From NCBI GenBank assembly GCA_000165425.1, contig CT868678.1:308796-328795 (forward strand): a DNA stretch of 20,000 nucleotides, read 5' to 3'. How positions within the stretch are numbered: the first letter of the stretch is position 1; every line of letters starts with the position of its first letter. Source of the stretch: Paramecium tetraurelia. Its lineage: Eukaryota. The translations under genes were made by a program, and so were the position numbers. Shown here piece by piece: positions 1 through 11,797 of the stretch. The notes under the pieces were generated by a model. It was not told where the DNA came from and made no database searches. It saw only the letters and a program-made list of their open reading frames with translations.

Positions 1-464
1 CAAATTCTTATTGTCAATAAAACAAAAAGTGGGATTGCTTTGAATTTATAGCAACTTTTCAACTTCGTTCATAATATTAGAATTAATGTGAATTATGCAA
101 AAAATACTTGATTGCTGACATTACAACAAATTTGATTGTTTTTAAATCAAGCACTTTAAGTCTTATTAATTTATTTAATAATATAATTAAAATTAGTATT
201 TTTACACTAATTTATATAAAACCTACTTTTTTAATAATTTATTCCAAAAAAGTTGCTTAATTCTTAAGCACAATTAGTTTTTGTTTTTATAAAATTATGC
301 ATAAATTAGCCAAGTTTTATTTATAAGAAATTATGTCTTCATAAAGTAAACAGTGGAAATCATTAAAGGATCCATTAATAATATTAATTTATAATAAATG
401 TATATTGTCAATATTATTATTGCTAATTATATTCATTTATTAAGTAATTTTATTTACATTCTAT

Positions 465-2330
465 TCAGATATTGGAATTATTCAATTGTTTATCATAAAT
501 ATTCTGTTTAGTGTCTAAAATTTTGGATTCATCTTTATATTATTGTAAAGGATATTAGTTTGCTTAACGAGTAGGAATTTATTCATTCTCCAAATTAGAA
601 TGCTTGAATGAATTCGGAGAGACAACTTAGAATATAATTAAGTCTACCTTTTGGAGGTTTTGGGCGAATTTCAACCAACTTCATATACTCTAATAGTTAA
701 GTAGGTAATTCTTCTAAGACTTTGTTCGATAGCTGAGTTGGATCCCCTTTGAATTGATTAAAAGGAACAAATTAAACCAAATCTCTAATAGCTTTGTTCC
801 CTTTGCTATCAACCATACTTTTGTTATCATTATCTAAGATCTTCATATTCTTAAAGTTAGCATTCCCTATACCAACAATTATGATAGATAGAGGTAAATA
901 AGATGAAGCAATGATGTCATCTATAGAATCTAACATATCATCAGTTTATCCATCAGTTAAAATCAATAATACATGATAGTTTTCACTCCCTTAATTTTTA
1001 CATTTCTTTGCCATTTCCATCGCTTTTTACAGAGTTGGATGCAAATAGGTTGGACCATCAAAATGCAATTAAGGCAGTGATTTTTTATAGCATTCTACAA
1101 TTCCATCTAGTCCATAAACTCTAAAATTTTAATAATTTATCCTTACTCTGGATCATCAGGATTATCATTCAAAGGGAAAAGATGAATTGTTTAGCTTGTG
1201 TTGTGATTCTTCATTTTTGGTTTACATCCAAAACCATAGAGTGGAACTCTTTTGTCATAATCGTAATGTATCAATATTTCAACTACACTATTAATTGCCT
1301 ATAAGTATTAACTAGGATATCCATTTGAGGGAAGATGATGTAGCGAATTCGGATTATGATATTCCTCATTAGATGCAGTGAAATCAATAGCAAGCATTAA
1401 ATTTATCTATTAACCTCCAGCACAATAATCTAGGAAGGTATAATTTGATATTATTGAAAATCTATCAAATTAAAGAATTCCTAAAGATTAATTTCTTTGA
1501 CTCATAGACCTGAATTCCTTTTAGAGTATTTTCTTAGCTTTATTTGATTCAATTAATTCATTAGTACAAAATTAAGTTTCTCCTATATATTTGTGCTTAC
1601 CAGATTTTTTATAATCCCATAATTCAACTTTTATTTATATTGAATAATCTCCATTACATAACTTCTAGGCTTGGCACTGTATCTCCTTCCATTTAATTGA
1701 AGCCATATCTTTTGCTGATTCAGTTTCATAAACTAAAACACCAAAATCTATATCATGTTTTAGTCTATAGAACCTTAGAAATGGACTAATTTTATCCCAA
1801 AACCATAATTTAGTTCCTCTTATCTTCAGTCCTGATAATTAAATAGAAAATTCCTCTCTACATAATTTAACATGATCTGCCTTTAAGAATATTTAACCAT
1901 TATTCCTCCCACTTTGATTGTATAGATTAGCTTTAATCAATTAGTTTTTTGATCCTATCACTTCTGCCACAGTTGTTTGTGCTTAACCTATAATCTATGA
2001 TAGTTAAGGATAATACTTATGTCTAAGTAGAACTTATTTAGTTATGAACTTCCATTTTTAGGTGCTACTATACTTAGAAAAAATAGTTTATAGTAAATGT
2101 TTTGATGAAATCGGGATTCTAATTATTCTCAATTACTTCAGTTTGATCTATTTTGATCCCTTAACCAATGATATAAAATTCATACATTTGTTATTACTCT
2201 TTCTATAAAGTATCACAAAAGAATTGTAGATAGTCATCACAAAATCATTTAATTGTCTACAACTTACAAAAAGTTCTATTCGCTAGGCATCTTTTGTTTA
2301 AGCAGTGCCTTCTTAATGACTGAATAACAT
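465..2330 (-). CDS. Copine family protein (C2A-C2B-vWA), ~589 aa, 4 tiny introns (2160-2185, 1995-2016, 1121-1146, 626-647)
   Basis: Manual code-6 translation: MLFSHQEGTAQTKDAQRIELFVSCRQL...WIKIDQTEVIENNQNPDFIKTFTINYFFQVQQHLKMEV (C2A), ...KLCNGDYSIQIKVELWDYKKSGKHKYIGE (C2B), ...YTFLDYCAGGQQINLMLAIDFTASN...YDYDKRVPLYGFG...GPT...YHVLLILTDG...LPLSIIIVGIGNANF...RDLVQFVPF (copine vWA). Removing four GT..AG introns (26, 22, 26, 22 nt) gives 1770 nt, a whole number of codons, ending at TGA 467-465. The last intron is the least certain; if it is retained the protein stops slightly earlier. Confidence 0.93.
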
Positions 2331-4006
2331 AATTTAATATATAATCTCTACATATAGATTAATCTGATGTTTAAATAAAAGTATAGATTTATATACGTAA
2401 TAATATATCAATTTCTCTTTTATTCTTGATAATCAATCTACTATGAAACTTTTCTTTGTTCAAACAGTATACTCTTTTAAAGTGATCATTGTTCAGAATT
2501 TATGGATAAAATGATGCATTCTAAATATTCTATATAATTTTATATTATAATTTATGTTATATTCAATAATGTAAAATTAAAAATATTTCATATAACTTTC
2601 AATTATGAATAAATAGAAAGTTTGAAAGTTTTCATCATTTAAATTGTTTTTCGGTTTCTACGCGATCTTGCTTCTACAATTTTATTAATAATTACATTAA
2701 TTAATAACTTTAGTGATTACTACAACTCCCTAATAATAACTTTTTTATGGATTATCTTCCATTAAAGTACATAACATTCCATTTACTTAATCAAAAACCT
2801 TAAATGTAATTCAAAATTAAGAATTATAAATAAGAATCTAAATGGATGTGTAAAATAAAGTGAAACAATTTATTTATGAAGGTTTGGAAGATCATCCGAA
2901 TACAAAATTCATTACTATATTTTTTAAATAGGTTAAAGTATACAAGAATCTTATAAGGAGATATATCACAAAAATATTTTCTAGGCAATTTATTAATTAT
3001 TGTTTAATTCTCATCAACTCTAAATTAATTTTCAAATAATTTATTAAATTAAATATTTATTTATAGATAGAGAAGGTAATTTTATTTTCAATCAGATTAA
3101 CAGACAGCAAGAGAATCTGTAATATGCTCATCTTATTTTTATCCGAATTATAAAAATGAAATCAATTACTAAACGTAAAGATAATGATTGCAATTAATAC
3201 TACTGAAATATAATTTTGATATGATATTACATATGTTTCATAAAGTAAATATATAATAAGTAATATCATTGGAAGTTATTAAACAAACCTTTGAAAAATC
3301 AATTTTTATATGATATTTTGGAACATACTTATTAATTTATTTTAATTAAATGGGTTAATTATAGGTTGATATTACAGTGTTACATTCTCATAATCAATCT
3401 TGAGATCGAGAGATCAATATCTTAAGATTGTTAATCCTTCACTCTTTATTTTTGAAATAATTTGTGGTCTATATATTTGAGTCAAATTTTATTTACATAC
3501 CAGGTGTTTGTTGAGCAGATGAAGAAATATTACAAGTACAGATATTAATTATATTATCATTAGAATACCTATATGCATGAGTCTATACGATTTATTGATT
3601 TATAATAAATGATTAGGATGGTTAAAATATAAAAGTCAAATCAATTAATTTATTCGTATTTCATATATACAAATAACAAAATATTATTACACTCTATGAA
3701 TTTTCGGGAAAAGTGATGATTGGATTAAATCATTTCATGAGTCAAAGAAATTCAAATTTGTTACATAAGTTTATTTGTCATCTTCTATATTTCCAATTCA
3801 TTAGGCCATGCCTTCAAAGGATGATTCTATTTGATACTCATCTAATACTGATTACTGAATGATCAAATCAATCTAAATGTTTTTGAGTGACCACCTTAAT
3901 TATCATATATTAAATTAAATCTGAAATAATTTTATTATATACACTAATTGAAACTGTTATGTTATTAATTTTATGATTTAGAATTGCACATCCTACTTAG
4001 AATTGA

Positions 4007-6309
4007 GTAATTGGGATCTTCCCTTGTTGCATTGAGGCAACAGCAGAGTGCATATCCTATCAAGGAGTCCAAGCTGATTGTGAAAAGTTTGTTGGTAATG
4101 GTATGAGTTGTACAAATGATGCAACTGCAACTTCTATTTGTAAAGCCAAAGATTGCATTAAGTTGACAGCTGATTCATACTCCGAATCTGTATGTTAAGC
4201 TTATGGTGTGCAATGCCATAATAATGGAACTAAATGTGATGTTGCATAATCTTGTTCATCATTAAAAAGCAATTTGGTGACATGTACATAATATATAGCT
4301 ACAGATGGTCCATGTATTGGTACTGCACTCTAAACTGAAACACCAATTAGTTGTTCACCTGCTCAATGCAGTGATGCACCCTCTACTTTAATAACAAATA
4401 CTTAATGTGATGCATATAAAAAGGGATGTAAAACAAATGGTTATGGTTGTGCTTCAAGTATTACTTGTGCAGATGTACAATCTTCTTCTGTTTGTGCTGC
4501 TATAAAAAGTGATGATAATTTTATTTGTATTTGGACATCTCAATGTAGATAAATTGAATCATCATGTAATAATTTCACTTCCAGTGGATCAAGTGTTTGC
4601 ACTTCCTCTAAAACAACTTCAGGATTTGGTATTTGTGTTTGGAAGGATAGTGTCTGCACAGATGCAAAATGTGAAGATTTACCCTTGTCTGTTAATTCTG
4701 AAACAAATTGCACTGCATATTCTGCGACTTGCACTTTCAGTGGAACTGGAAATGGTTTTGCAACTAAGGGATCATGTACTACTTATAAAAAAAAAGAAAT
4801 ATGCGCAAATGCAAAATCCACAGATAAGATGGGAAGTTGTGCTTGGGATGAAAGCGTAGTATCGGGAACATAAATAAAAGGGTACAGAATTAAGGAGTGC
4901 TAGGATGCTGCAACCACATTAATAAGTGACTCTGAATGTAATTCATTCATAGATGGTTGTGTAAGTAATGGTGCTGGATGTATGAAGTCTACATTTACTT
5001 GTGATATGCTTAAGACATAATTTAAATGTCTTTAAGACTCTTTCCTTCGACCATGCCTTTGGATTAACAATTCTTGTAGTTAATATTATAATTGCACTGA
5101 TCTATTATTAACAACAGTGACTGCATGTTAAGAAGTTTCTAAGTATTGTACATCCGATGAAAACAAGTGTATCCCTTTGAAGATTTTTGCCAATTACACT
5201 AAATAAAATCAATGTACAATTGGTACAGATGATACTGATTGTGGTTGGGTTACAAATACTAAGAAGTGTCAAGTCTTTACATAATGCTCAAATTTGGTAT
5301 AGAATGTTTAGCCTACAATCCTAAATGTATTAGTAATGAAACTAACTGCATTGAAAAGGGTGAATGCTCTACTTATGCTGATAGTGAAGTTACTTGCACT
5401 ATTGGAGGAACTGATGGCAATTTTTCCTTTGATAAGAGTGCTTCAACTTGTAGGTTGAGACAATGTTCAGATGGTTCAATTTCAACATCCACTCATAATG
5501 GATGTTTTGGATATCAAATCAATGCAATGAACTAATGCACCACAGATGAATCTAAATGTGTACCCTTGGCTGATTGTTGATCATATACAAAGTAAGGAGG
5601 TTGTGTCATTGATTCCTAATTAAGAGCTTGCATTTGGGATAATATGGCCAAAGCATGTAAAACTAGGACATGCTCAGATACTAAAAAGACTAAGAGTTCT
5701 GAGTGCGCTTTAGCTTTGGTTGGATGCATCTCAGATGGAATCAAATGCATCGACAAAGGGAAATGCTCAGATTATGGTACTAAAGAAGCTTGTAGTGTAG
5801 GTGGAACTGATGGTGTTTGTGTGTTCAATCCAACTTCAGGTTCTACTAAGAATGGAATTTGCAAATTATTTACTCAATGTTCAGTTGGCAATTCGGATTA
5901 AAGGGCTTGCCAAAATATGCCTCTAACTTGTAAATGGACTGTTGCAACAGGAACTACTTCTAGTTCATGTGTTATTCATACTTGCGATTCAGCTGCCAAA
6001 GGAACAGCTAAATGTGTCACTATTCCAAGCTTTGATGGCAAGTAATATACTGTTTGTCAACCAAAAGGAAGTAAATGTGTTGTAGGTGAACCAAGTTCCT
6101 TAACTTAAGATGCTTACTATAAATTGAGTTAATACACCTATAGTTGTAATGCTCAGACAAAGAAGTGTATTGCATGTGGAGCAGGATCCTCCTCAAACAA
6201 TAATTCAACATCTATAAATAAGAGTTTAGATAATCCAACTAATTCCACAACCGACAATTATGGGTCGTCTTTATATGTCCTGCTTATTTTTATATACTTT
6301 ATATTCTGA
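4007..6309 (+). pseudogene. Paramecium surface (immobilization) antigen-like Cys-periodic GPI-anchored protein, pseudogenised and 5'-truncated
   Basis: Cys-periodic Thr/Ser-rich repeats such as CSDAPSTLITNTQCDAYKKGCKTNGYGC, CQDAATTLISDSECNSFIDGCVSNGAGC and CSDTKKTKSSECALALVGCISDGIKC. The C-terminus has an Asn/Ser/Thr linker plus a hydrophobic tail (DNYGSSLYVLLIFIYFIF*), typical of a GPI signal. Lesions: an in-frame TGA at 4004-4006 with no ATG or signal peptide ahead of the repeats, a frameshift at about 5297-5301, an in-frame TGA at 5578-5580, and several expected Cys replaced by Phe or Tyr. Confidence 0.85.
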
Positions 6310-6738
6310 AGAATAAAATGAAATTATTAATATTCAATAATATTCGATTATTTTTTGTTGTTCAGATCCAAATAAAAGCATTTATTAATATACTTATCTT
6401 GTTCAAAGCTTTGTAAAATGCAATTCATTCATAAGATGATAGTTTTTAATTTTTTATTTATAATTCTTATTTAATTATTATTCGCTTATAATAAAATAAT
6501 TTTACTGGAATCAAAATAATTATTATAAAACTAGCTCTACCAATTTATTCATATAGTTGCAATTTATGTATTACATCCTCATCATCAATCAAATTTATAG
6601 CATTTCAGCTGTTGTGTATATGAAAAATTAAAAAAAAAATTGGCTTATTTTATAATTTTCAAAACTCCTTTAAAAGTTATATTTATTAGCAAAAAGCAAA
6701 ACATATTTAAAATAATATTCAAAAATAATCTTAATATT

Positions 6739-8459
6739 TCAATTTTCATTCTTCTTCTTTAAGTCCTTTTCTAACCACATACCAATTTTCTTACCCTTAT
6801 GATATTCACCTTAATATGTGATTTAATAAAAATTTCTAAATCCCTCACTCAACTCAACCCATTTCCCAGTCTTTAAAGAGCAGCCATTCTCATTACTTTC
6901 ATATGATCCACCACCACTAAAATTTCTTTTTATAAATTTACATTTTTTCATTTTTCCATCCATCATTATAAAACTTATGATAAATATCCCATTTACCAAT
7001 TTTTTCACCGTAGTTATATTTACCTTAATAAGTGACTTACGAATACTCTCTAAATTCATCACTCAATTCAATCCAATTTCCAATCTTATATGAGCATCCG
7101 TTATTCTTTATATCGTATTCTCCACCACCACAACTACTATTTATTTTTCAAATTACATCTATTCCTTGTAACATACATCCCATCTACCTACCTTTTAACC
7201 ATATCTATATTAACCCTTGTATGTGACTTAGGAATCCTATTTAAATCTCTCCCTCAACTCAATCCATATCCCAATTTTAATTGAACCTTTTCCGTCGTCA
7301 TCATCATATTAGCCACCCCCACTAAATGTATTTTGTCAATATTTGATGTACATTAATTAAAAAGGAGATCTGGTTTCTTCTCTCCAAAAAATATCCCATC
7401 TACCGAATTTTTAACCATTTTTATAAGGACCATTACATGTGACTTAAGAATCCGATGTAAATATATCACTCAACTCAATCCATCTACCAATCTTATATAA
7501 ACCTTTTTCGTCATTGAAATTGTATTAACCACCCCCACTAATTGTATTTTCTTAAATATTTAGTTTACATTTATTAAAATGGCTACCTGCCTTCGTCCCT
7601 CCATAAAATATCCCATCTACCTACTTTTTATCCATTGAAATATTCTCCTGTAAAAACCACTTAGAAACCCAGTTTAAACTAATCATCCAACTCATTCCAC
7701 ATTCCAATTTTAATAGACTCTTGTACCTCATTATCATCATATTCTCCACCACCACTAATTTATTGGTATTAATAAATACATCCTTGAAAAGTTTTCAATC
7801 CCTTTCTCTCTCCATAAAGTATTCCAAATACCAACTTTCTTACCATTTTTATATTCTCCACTATACACTACTTATTTTAAATCATAGAATCCTTCACTTA
7901 TATCTATCCACATGCCATTCTTATTGCCATCCTCATTATACTATCCACCAGCACTAAATTGAATTATGAATAATAATACACTCAACCACCATCATATATA
8001 CATTTCCATGTTCCAACTTCTCTATCATTATGATATTCTCCAATTTCCTAAATTTATGCTTGACTACTATTTTATTATTGATGCTACAAACCATTCTTCT
8101 TCCCCTTATTTAAGTAGTATCCACCAACTTCTTATTCTAAATTAGCCAAATTTTCAGGACTCTAAAAAAGGTCAGTTATTTAATCTCTTCCATATTGAAT
8201 ATTTTACATTTCCATTATTTATCCGTCTAATATGCATCTAATATTCTGTTCGTCATCTATTTAAATTTGATATTTAGAATTTCCATATTTTTAGGATAAA
8301 ACAGCCTTGATGGCACCCTCATTTATTTAGTTGTCATTGTAAACATCATAATTTATCGTTTTAGACTAATTAATTTGATCTCTACTATCATAATTAAGTT
8401 CTGCCTTACATATTATCTTAATTCAACTTCTTTGAGTTGTTAGAACAATTAATTCCCAT
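6739..8459 (-). pseudogene. Ciliate Gly/Trp-rich tandem-repeat (MORN-variant-like) protein gene, ~511 codons, 7 introns, one in-frame TGA
   Basis: Starts MGINCSNNSKK. It carries ~55-64 aa repeats of the form IGGGxY...KIGxWIELSxxFxxxSQVTYxGEYxxGxKVGRWDI, for example GGGQYDDDDGKGSIKIGIWIELRERFKQDSQVTYKGQYRYGQKVGRWDV. GT..AG introns lie at 8385-8409, 7954-7979, 7755-7779, 7538-7568, 7322-7351, 7134-7156 and 6917-6941, giving a spliced length of 1536 nt. There is an in-frame TGA at 7984-7982, and the terminal TGA is at 6741-6739. The MORN-like label is from motif resemblance only. Confidence 0.78.
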
Positions 8460-9877
8460 TCTTTATTTTATGAATAAATTAAATTAATTGAAGAACCCAA
8501 ACTTTATTTATATATAGACTCTGTAAAGAGATCTTTAAATATATATTTTAAAGAACTACACTTAGCATAAAATAATCAATTTTAGACAAGGAATGGATTT
8601 ATATCACTCACTTTTATAATTGATCGGGAAATATAAGAATTAATTTATAATCCTGACAATTTTTATATCTTTATTAAAATTGCTATTTTTATAACTTAAG
8701 ATTCATAGATAATTCCCTCTATCGAAATAACTTTTTATTATTTTGAAGTATTAAATTAAGATTCAAAATACATAAAAAGTTATTTTATACGAAGCAGTTC
8801 CAATTATATTGAATGATTAACAGCAATTTCTCATTCGATTAGATTCTAAATTTATTTATATGAATGGATATTAATGCATAGCTAAAAGCTATAAATTCAG
8901 AAAGAAGTTTGGAATATTAGGAAAATAAAATTTTAAGTGAATTCACAGAAATGATAATGCCCATTTAAAATTATTTATTTGATACTAGCTCAACATTCAT
9001 TTGGTTTATTTAAAATGACATGAAATATTTAATAATACTTTAAAAAATTAATAATAAAATTCATTTAAATTTTAAGATGCAATCACAACTTTAAATATCT
9101 AAATTTCCTTTGCTGACGTAATTTTTGAATACTAATGAAGATTAACATTATTCCTACTCTTCCCTATTCTCTCAAATTTTATTAATTTTTGAATTTGTCA
9201 AGAGTATTTCAAAATTTTATTGACGTTATGATCGAATATATCTATGTTTGATTGTATTTTTTTGACCTATCTTTTTTGTCTAAATATTGAGAAACAGCTA
9301 ATTTTTTCAAAATTAACCAAATAATAAATATTATTTTATACATAATACAGTTGTTTTGATACTATTACTCTTACATACGACCCTCAAAATACTAAGCTAC
9401 ACTTCATATATAATCCAAATAACATTAGTATAGCAATAGGGATCAGAAATCCAAGTTTAAGGACTATATATACATTCTAAACATGTTGTAATATTTTCCT
9501 TCATTATTTAAGGATGGTAAAGAACCATATTAGCATTTTAGCGCACGATCATCATTAAACTGTATGTATATAATTAAAATTATAACATTTTACTCAATTA
9601 TTCATTATTAGTTTAGAATAATAGGTTTGTACGATATAGAATGTCTTCTTCTTTTGGGTTTATCTTAACCATGACAGTCATTCAAATCATTTACTAATAT
9701 TCGTTTAAATTAATAATTAAATTTCAAAATCAATTAGTTGCTTAAATTGAAAATTATGTTTATTTTAGTTATTTAAGATATCTATTATTTTAATGGCAAC
9801 TATATGCTACGAACATTTTACACCCGTTTAATTTTTTGATGTTAAGAAAATATTTTAATAAAATTGTGATAGTTTTT

Positions 9878-10933
9878 ATGCTTGAACAGAAAGATGGATA
9901 GTTTTAATGCAAAGAAATGTCATTCTAATATGAATTACTTCCCCATATAAATATACAACAATAAACGTGCTGGGCAGTTTCGATCAATTCTGATGATTAA
10001 TTGTTACTCATTGGAGCAGAATCCAATATTAATATCATGTAGTTCAAAGCTGGAGCAGTTAAAAAGATTTAAACTATTTAAAAACATTAATCCTGGATAA
10101 CTACTCTCAATTTCTTTAAGTAAATATCTTTATTTATCTCTGGATCATCAAGTGTTAAAATATGGTCTTCAAATTTATTATCAAATCCTAAATTTCTTTT
10201 AAAATTGTAGGAACATTCCTCAAATATTTAGTGTTTAGCACTTCGTAATAGTACTCCTTCAGTTATAATTAGTGGCTCAAAAGACTGTAACATAAAGTTT
10301 TGGTACTAAAAAGAAAATTAATGGATTTGTTTATAAACAATTAGAGAGCACTCCAATATTGTTTCTGGATTATCTTTAAATCAAGAAGGGAACTCTTTAA
10401 TTTCTTGTGGAGATGATAATCAAATCCTGATAATAAAATGTACAGATGAGCAGAGATGGAATGTTGTTTAAAAAATACAAGGTCATGGAGTCAGATTATC
10501 TTTCATTTCTTAAGAGTCCTTTGCTTTTTAACCATGGTAGTCAGATAAACTAGAACTTTATACCTATGAACCGTAGATAGGGTAATATTAGAAGAATAAG
10601 GAAATTGCAATTAAAGGTTCTAAATAATTCTGCACACATTTATTTCCATGCAGCTTTATACCTTCAAAGCACATCTTACTCTCAAAAAATGCATACAATT
10701 TGAATTTGATCAGATTAAATACTTCCTCTTCGATTCTTCATGGCAAATTAGAGTAAGCAATTGAATTCAATTATCCTAATAATTGGCTGGGGACAATATT
10801 TGGTACTATGAGTGAAAATGGAGACTTTTTAATTACATGGGACAGCCAATCGAAGCAAATACAAATTAGAAAATACAAGGAAATTTATAAATAAAGGAGA
10901 ACGCAAGATTCTAAAATGTGCACAATTTTTTGA
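9878..10933 (+). CDS. WD40-repeat beta-propeller protein, 351 aa, intronless, C-terminal CaaX-like motif (CTIF)
   Basis: Uninterrupted 1056-nt code-6 ORF. WD40-like blades include KHQSWITTLNFFKQISLFISGSSSVKIW, EHSSNIQCLALRNSTPSVIISGSKDCNIKFW, EHSNIVSGLSLNQEGNSLISCGDDNQILI and FGTMSENGDFLITWD. It ends QDSKMCTIF-TGA. An alternative in-frame ATG lies at 9839. Confidence 0.88.
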
Positions 10934-11797
10934 TTATTTTTCATTGATAGCAAATTAAATATTTTTTAATCTTTAATTCTATACTATAATATCTGGCTAT
11001 CTAGTTCTACTTACTCATAAACTTAATTGATTAGGGAGAAAAATCAGATGTAAATTATAGTAAACTATTTTATTAAGTTAAACTTAGGGGGATATCATTT
11101 TCAGATGAAACTATTATCTAAAATTAAAATTTGAAAAATTAAAATCACATCCGCAATATAATTTTATTGATTAAAACTATAATAATCATTGACCCACCCA
11201 TCACTTTTATAATGCAAGAATATCTATATTACAATTATATTAAAAATTATTACATTAATTTTATAATACTTTACACTTTCTGATTAACATATTTATTACA
11301 AACTATTCCCTTAACATTAAATTTTTTCTTCTAATTAATCAAGTAAGATTTACACCTTTAAGAAATTCTGGAATTCTAAGTCTTTCTATGCTATTTCGTA
11401 TTAAAATCGATCTCAAGTAAGTTTAGTATAAATAAAATATATTAGTAATGCAGAGTTTCTATATCATCCATTACTAATTCTTTTCACAGATAAAGATAGC
11501 ATAAATACTTAAATTCACTCCAAAGGAATTAATTCCTCCTCTTTATTATATTAATGAAATTGTAAAATGTAAGCATATACTCAATTAGGTGGAATTTTGG
11601 CTTTTGATAATTTAAATAAGATCAAATAGAAATATTAATGATTAAATTAGAATAATATATATAATGCTTACCAAAATAAAATCCTAATTTAAGAGAATAA
11701 AAATTAAAATATTGATGAGGAAAGGTTATTTTTAATTTATTGAATAAAGATTTATTGAAAATATAAAAAGTATAACCTTTTCTTTGATGATATAGAT

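Noticed and set aside
2400..3950. Possible gene remnants or RNA genes in the long AT-rich spacer
   Set aside because: On visual inspection I found only short stop-interrupted frames and no recognisable motif, tRNA or repeat structure.
4509..4859. Supplied ORFs 4509..4859 (+), 4540..4734 (-) and 6020..6211 (-)
   Set aside because: These are off-frame or antisense shadows of the Cys-rich surface-antigen reading frame.
5294..5304. Frameshift at a TA-containing junction (GGTATAGAA) as a cryptic IES excision scar
   Set aside because: Cys spacing implies only about 13-19 nt missing, below the ~26 bp minimum of Paramecium IESs, and TA is ubiquitous in this DNA.
5578..5580. In-frame TGA as selenocysteine or reassigned Cys/Trp
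   Set aside because: TGA is the terminator of all genes here, the position follows an intact Cys where Ser is plausible, and the locus has other disabling lesions.
7032..7957. Supplied plus-strand ORFs 7032..7226, 7090..7284 and 7721..7957, and the N-terminal part of 6823..7062 (-)
   Set aside because: They are antisense to the repeat gene, or read off-frame through an intron of it.
6739..8000. Regularly spaced ccacc/ccat motifs as a CRISPR-like or mobile-element array
   Set aside because: They are explained by Gly and Trp codons of a protein repeat in a eukaryotic gene. There are no identical direct repeats with unique spacers and no transposase or cas genes.
8187..8207. Possible extra 21-nt intron gtaaaatattcaatatggaag in the repeat gene
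   Set aside because: Its length is a multiple of 3 with no stop, so the frame is open either way. It cannot be decided without cDNA.
8500..9830. Short hydrophobic minus-strand frames around 9380-9560
   Set aside because: They are short, interrupted by TGA, and I recognise no family. This is compatible with random AT-rich sequence under code 6.
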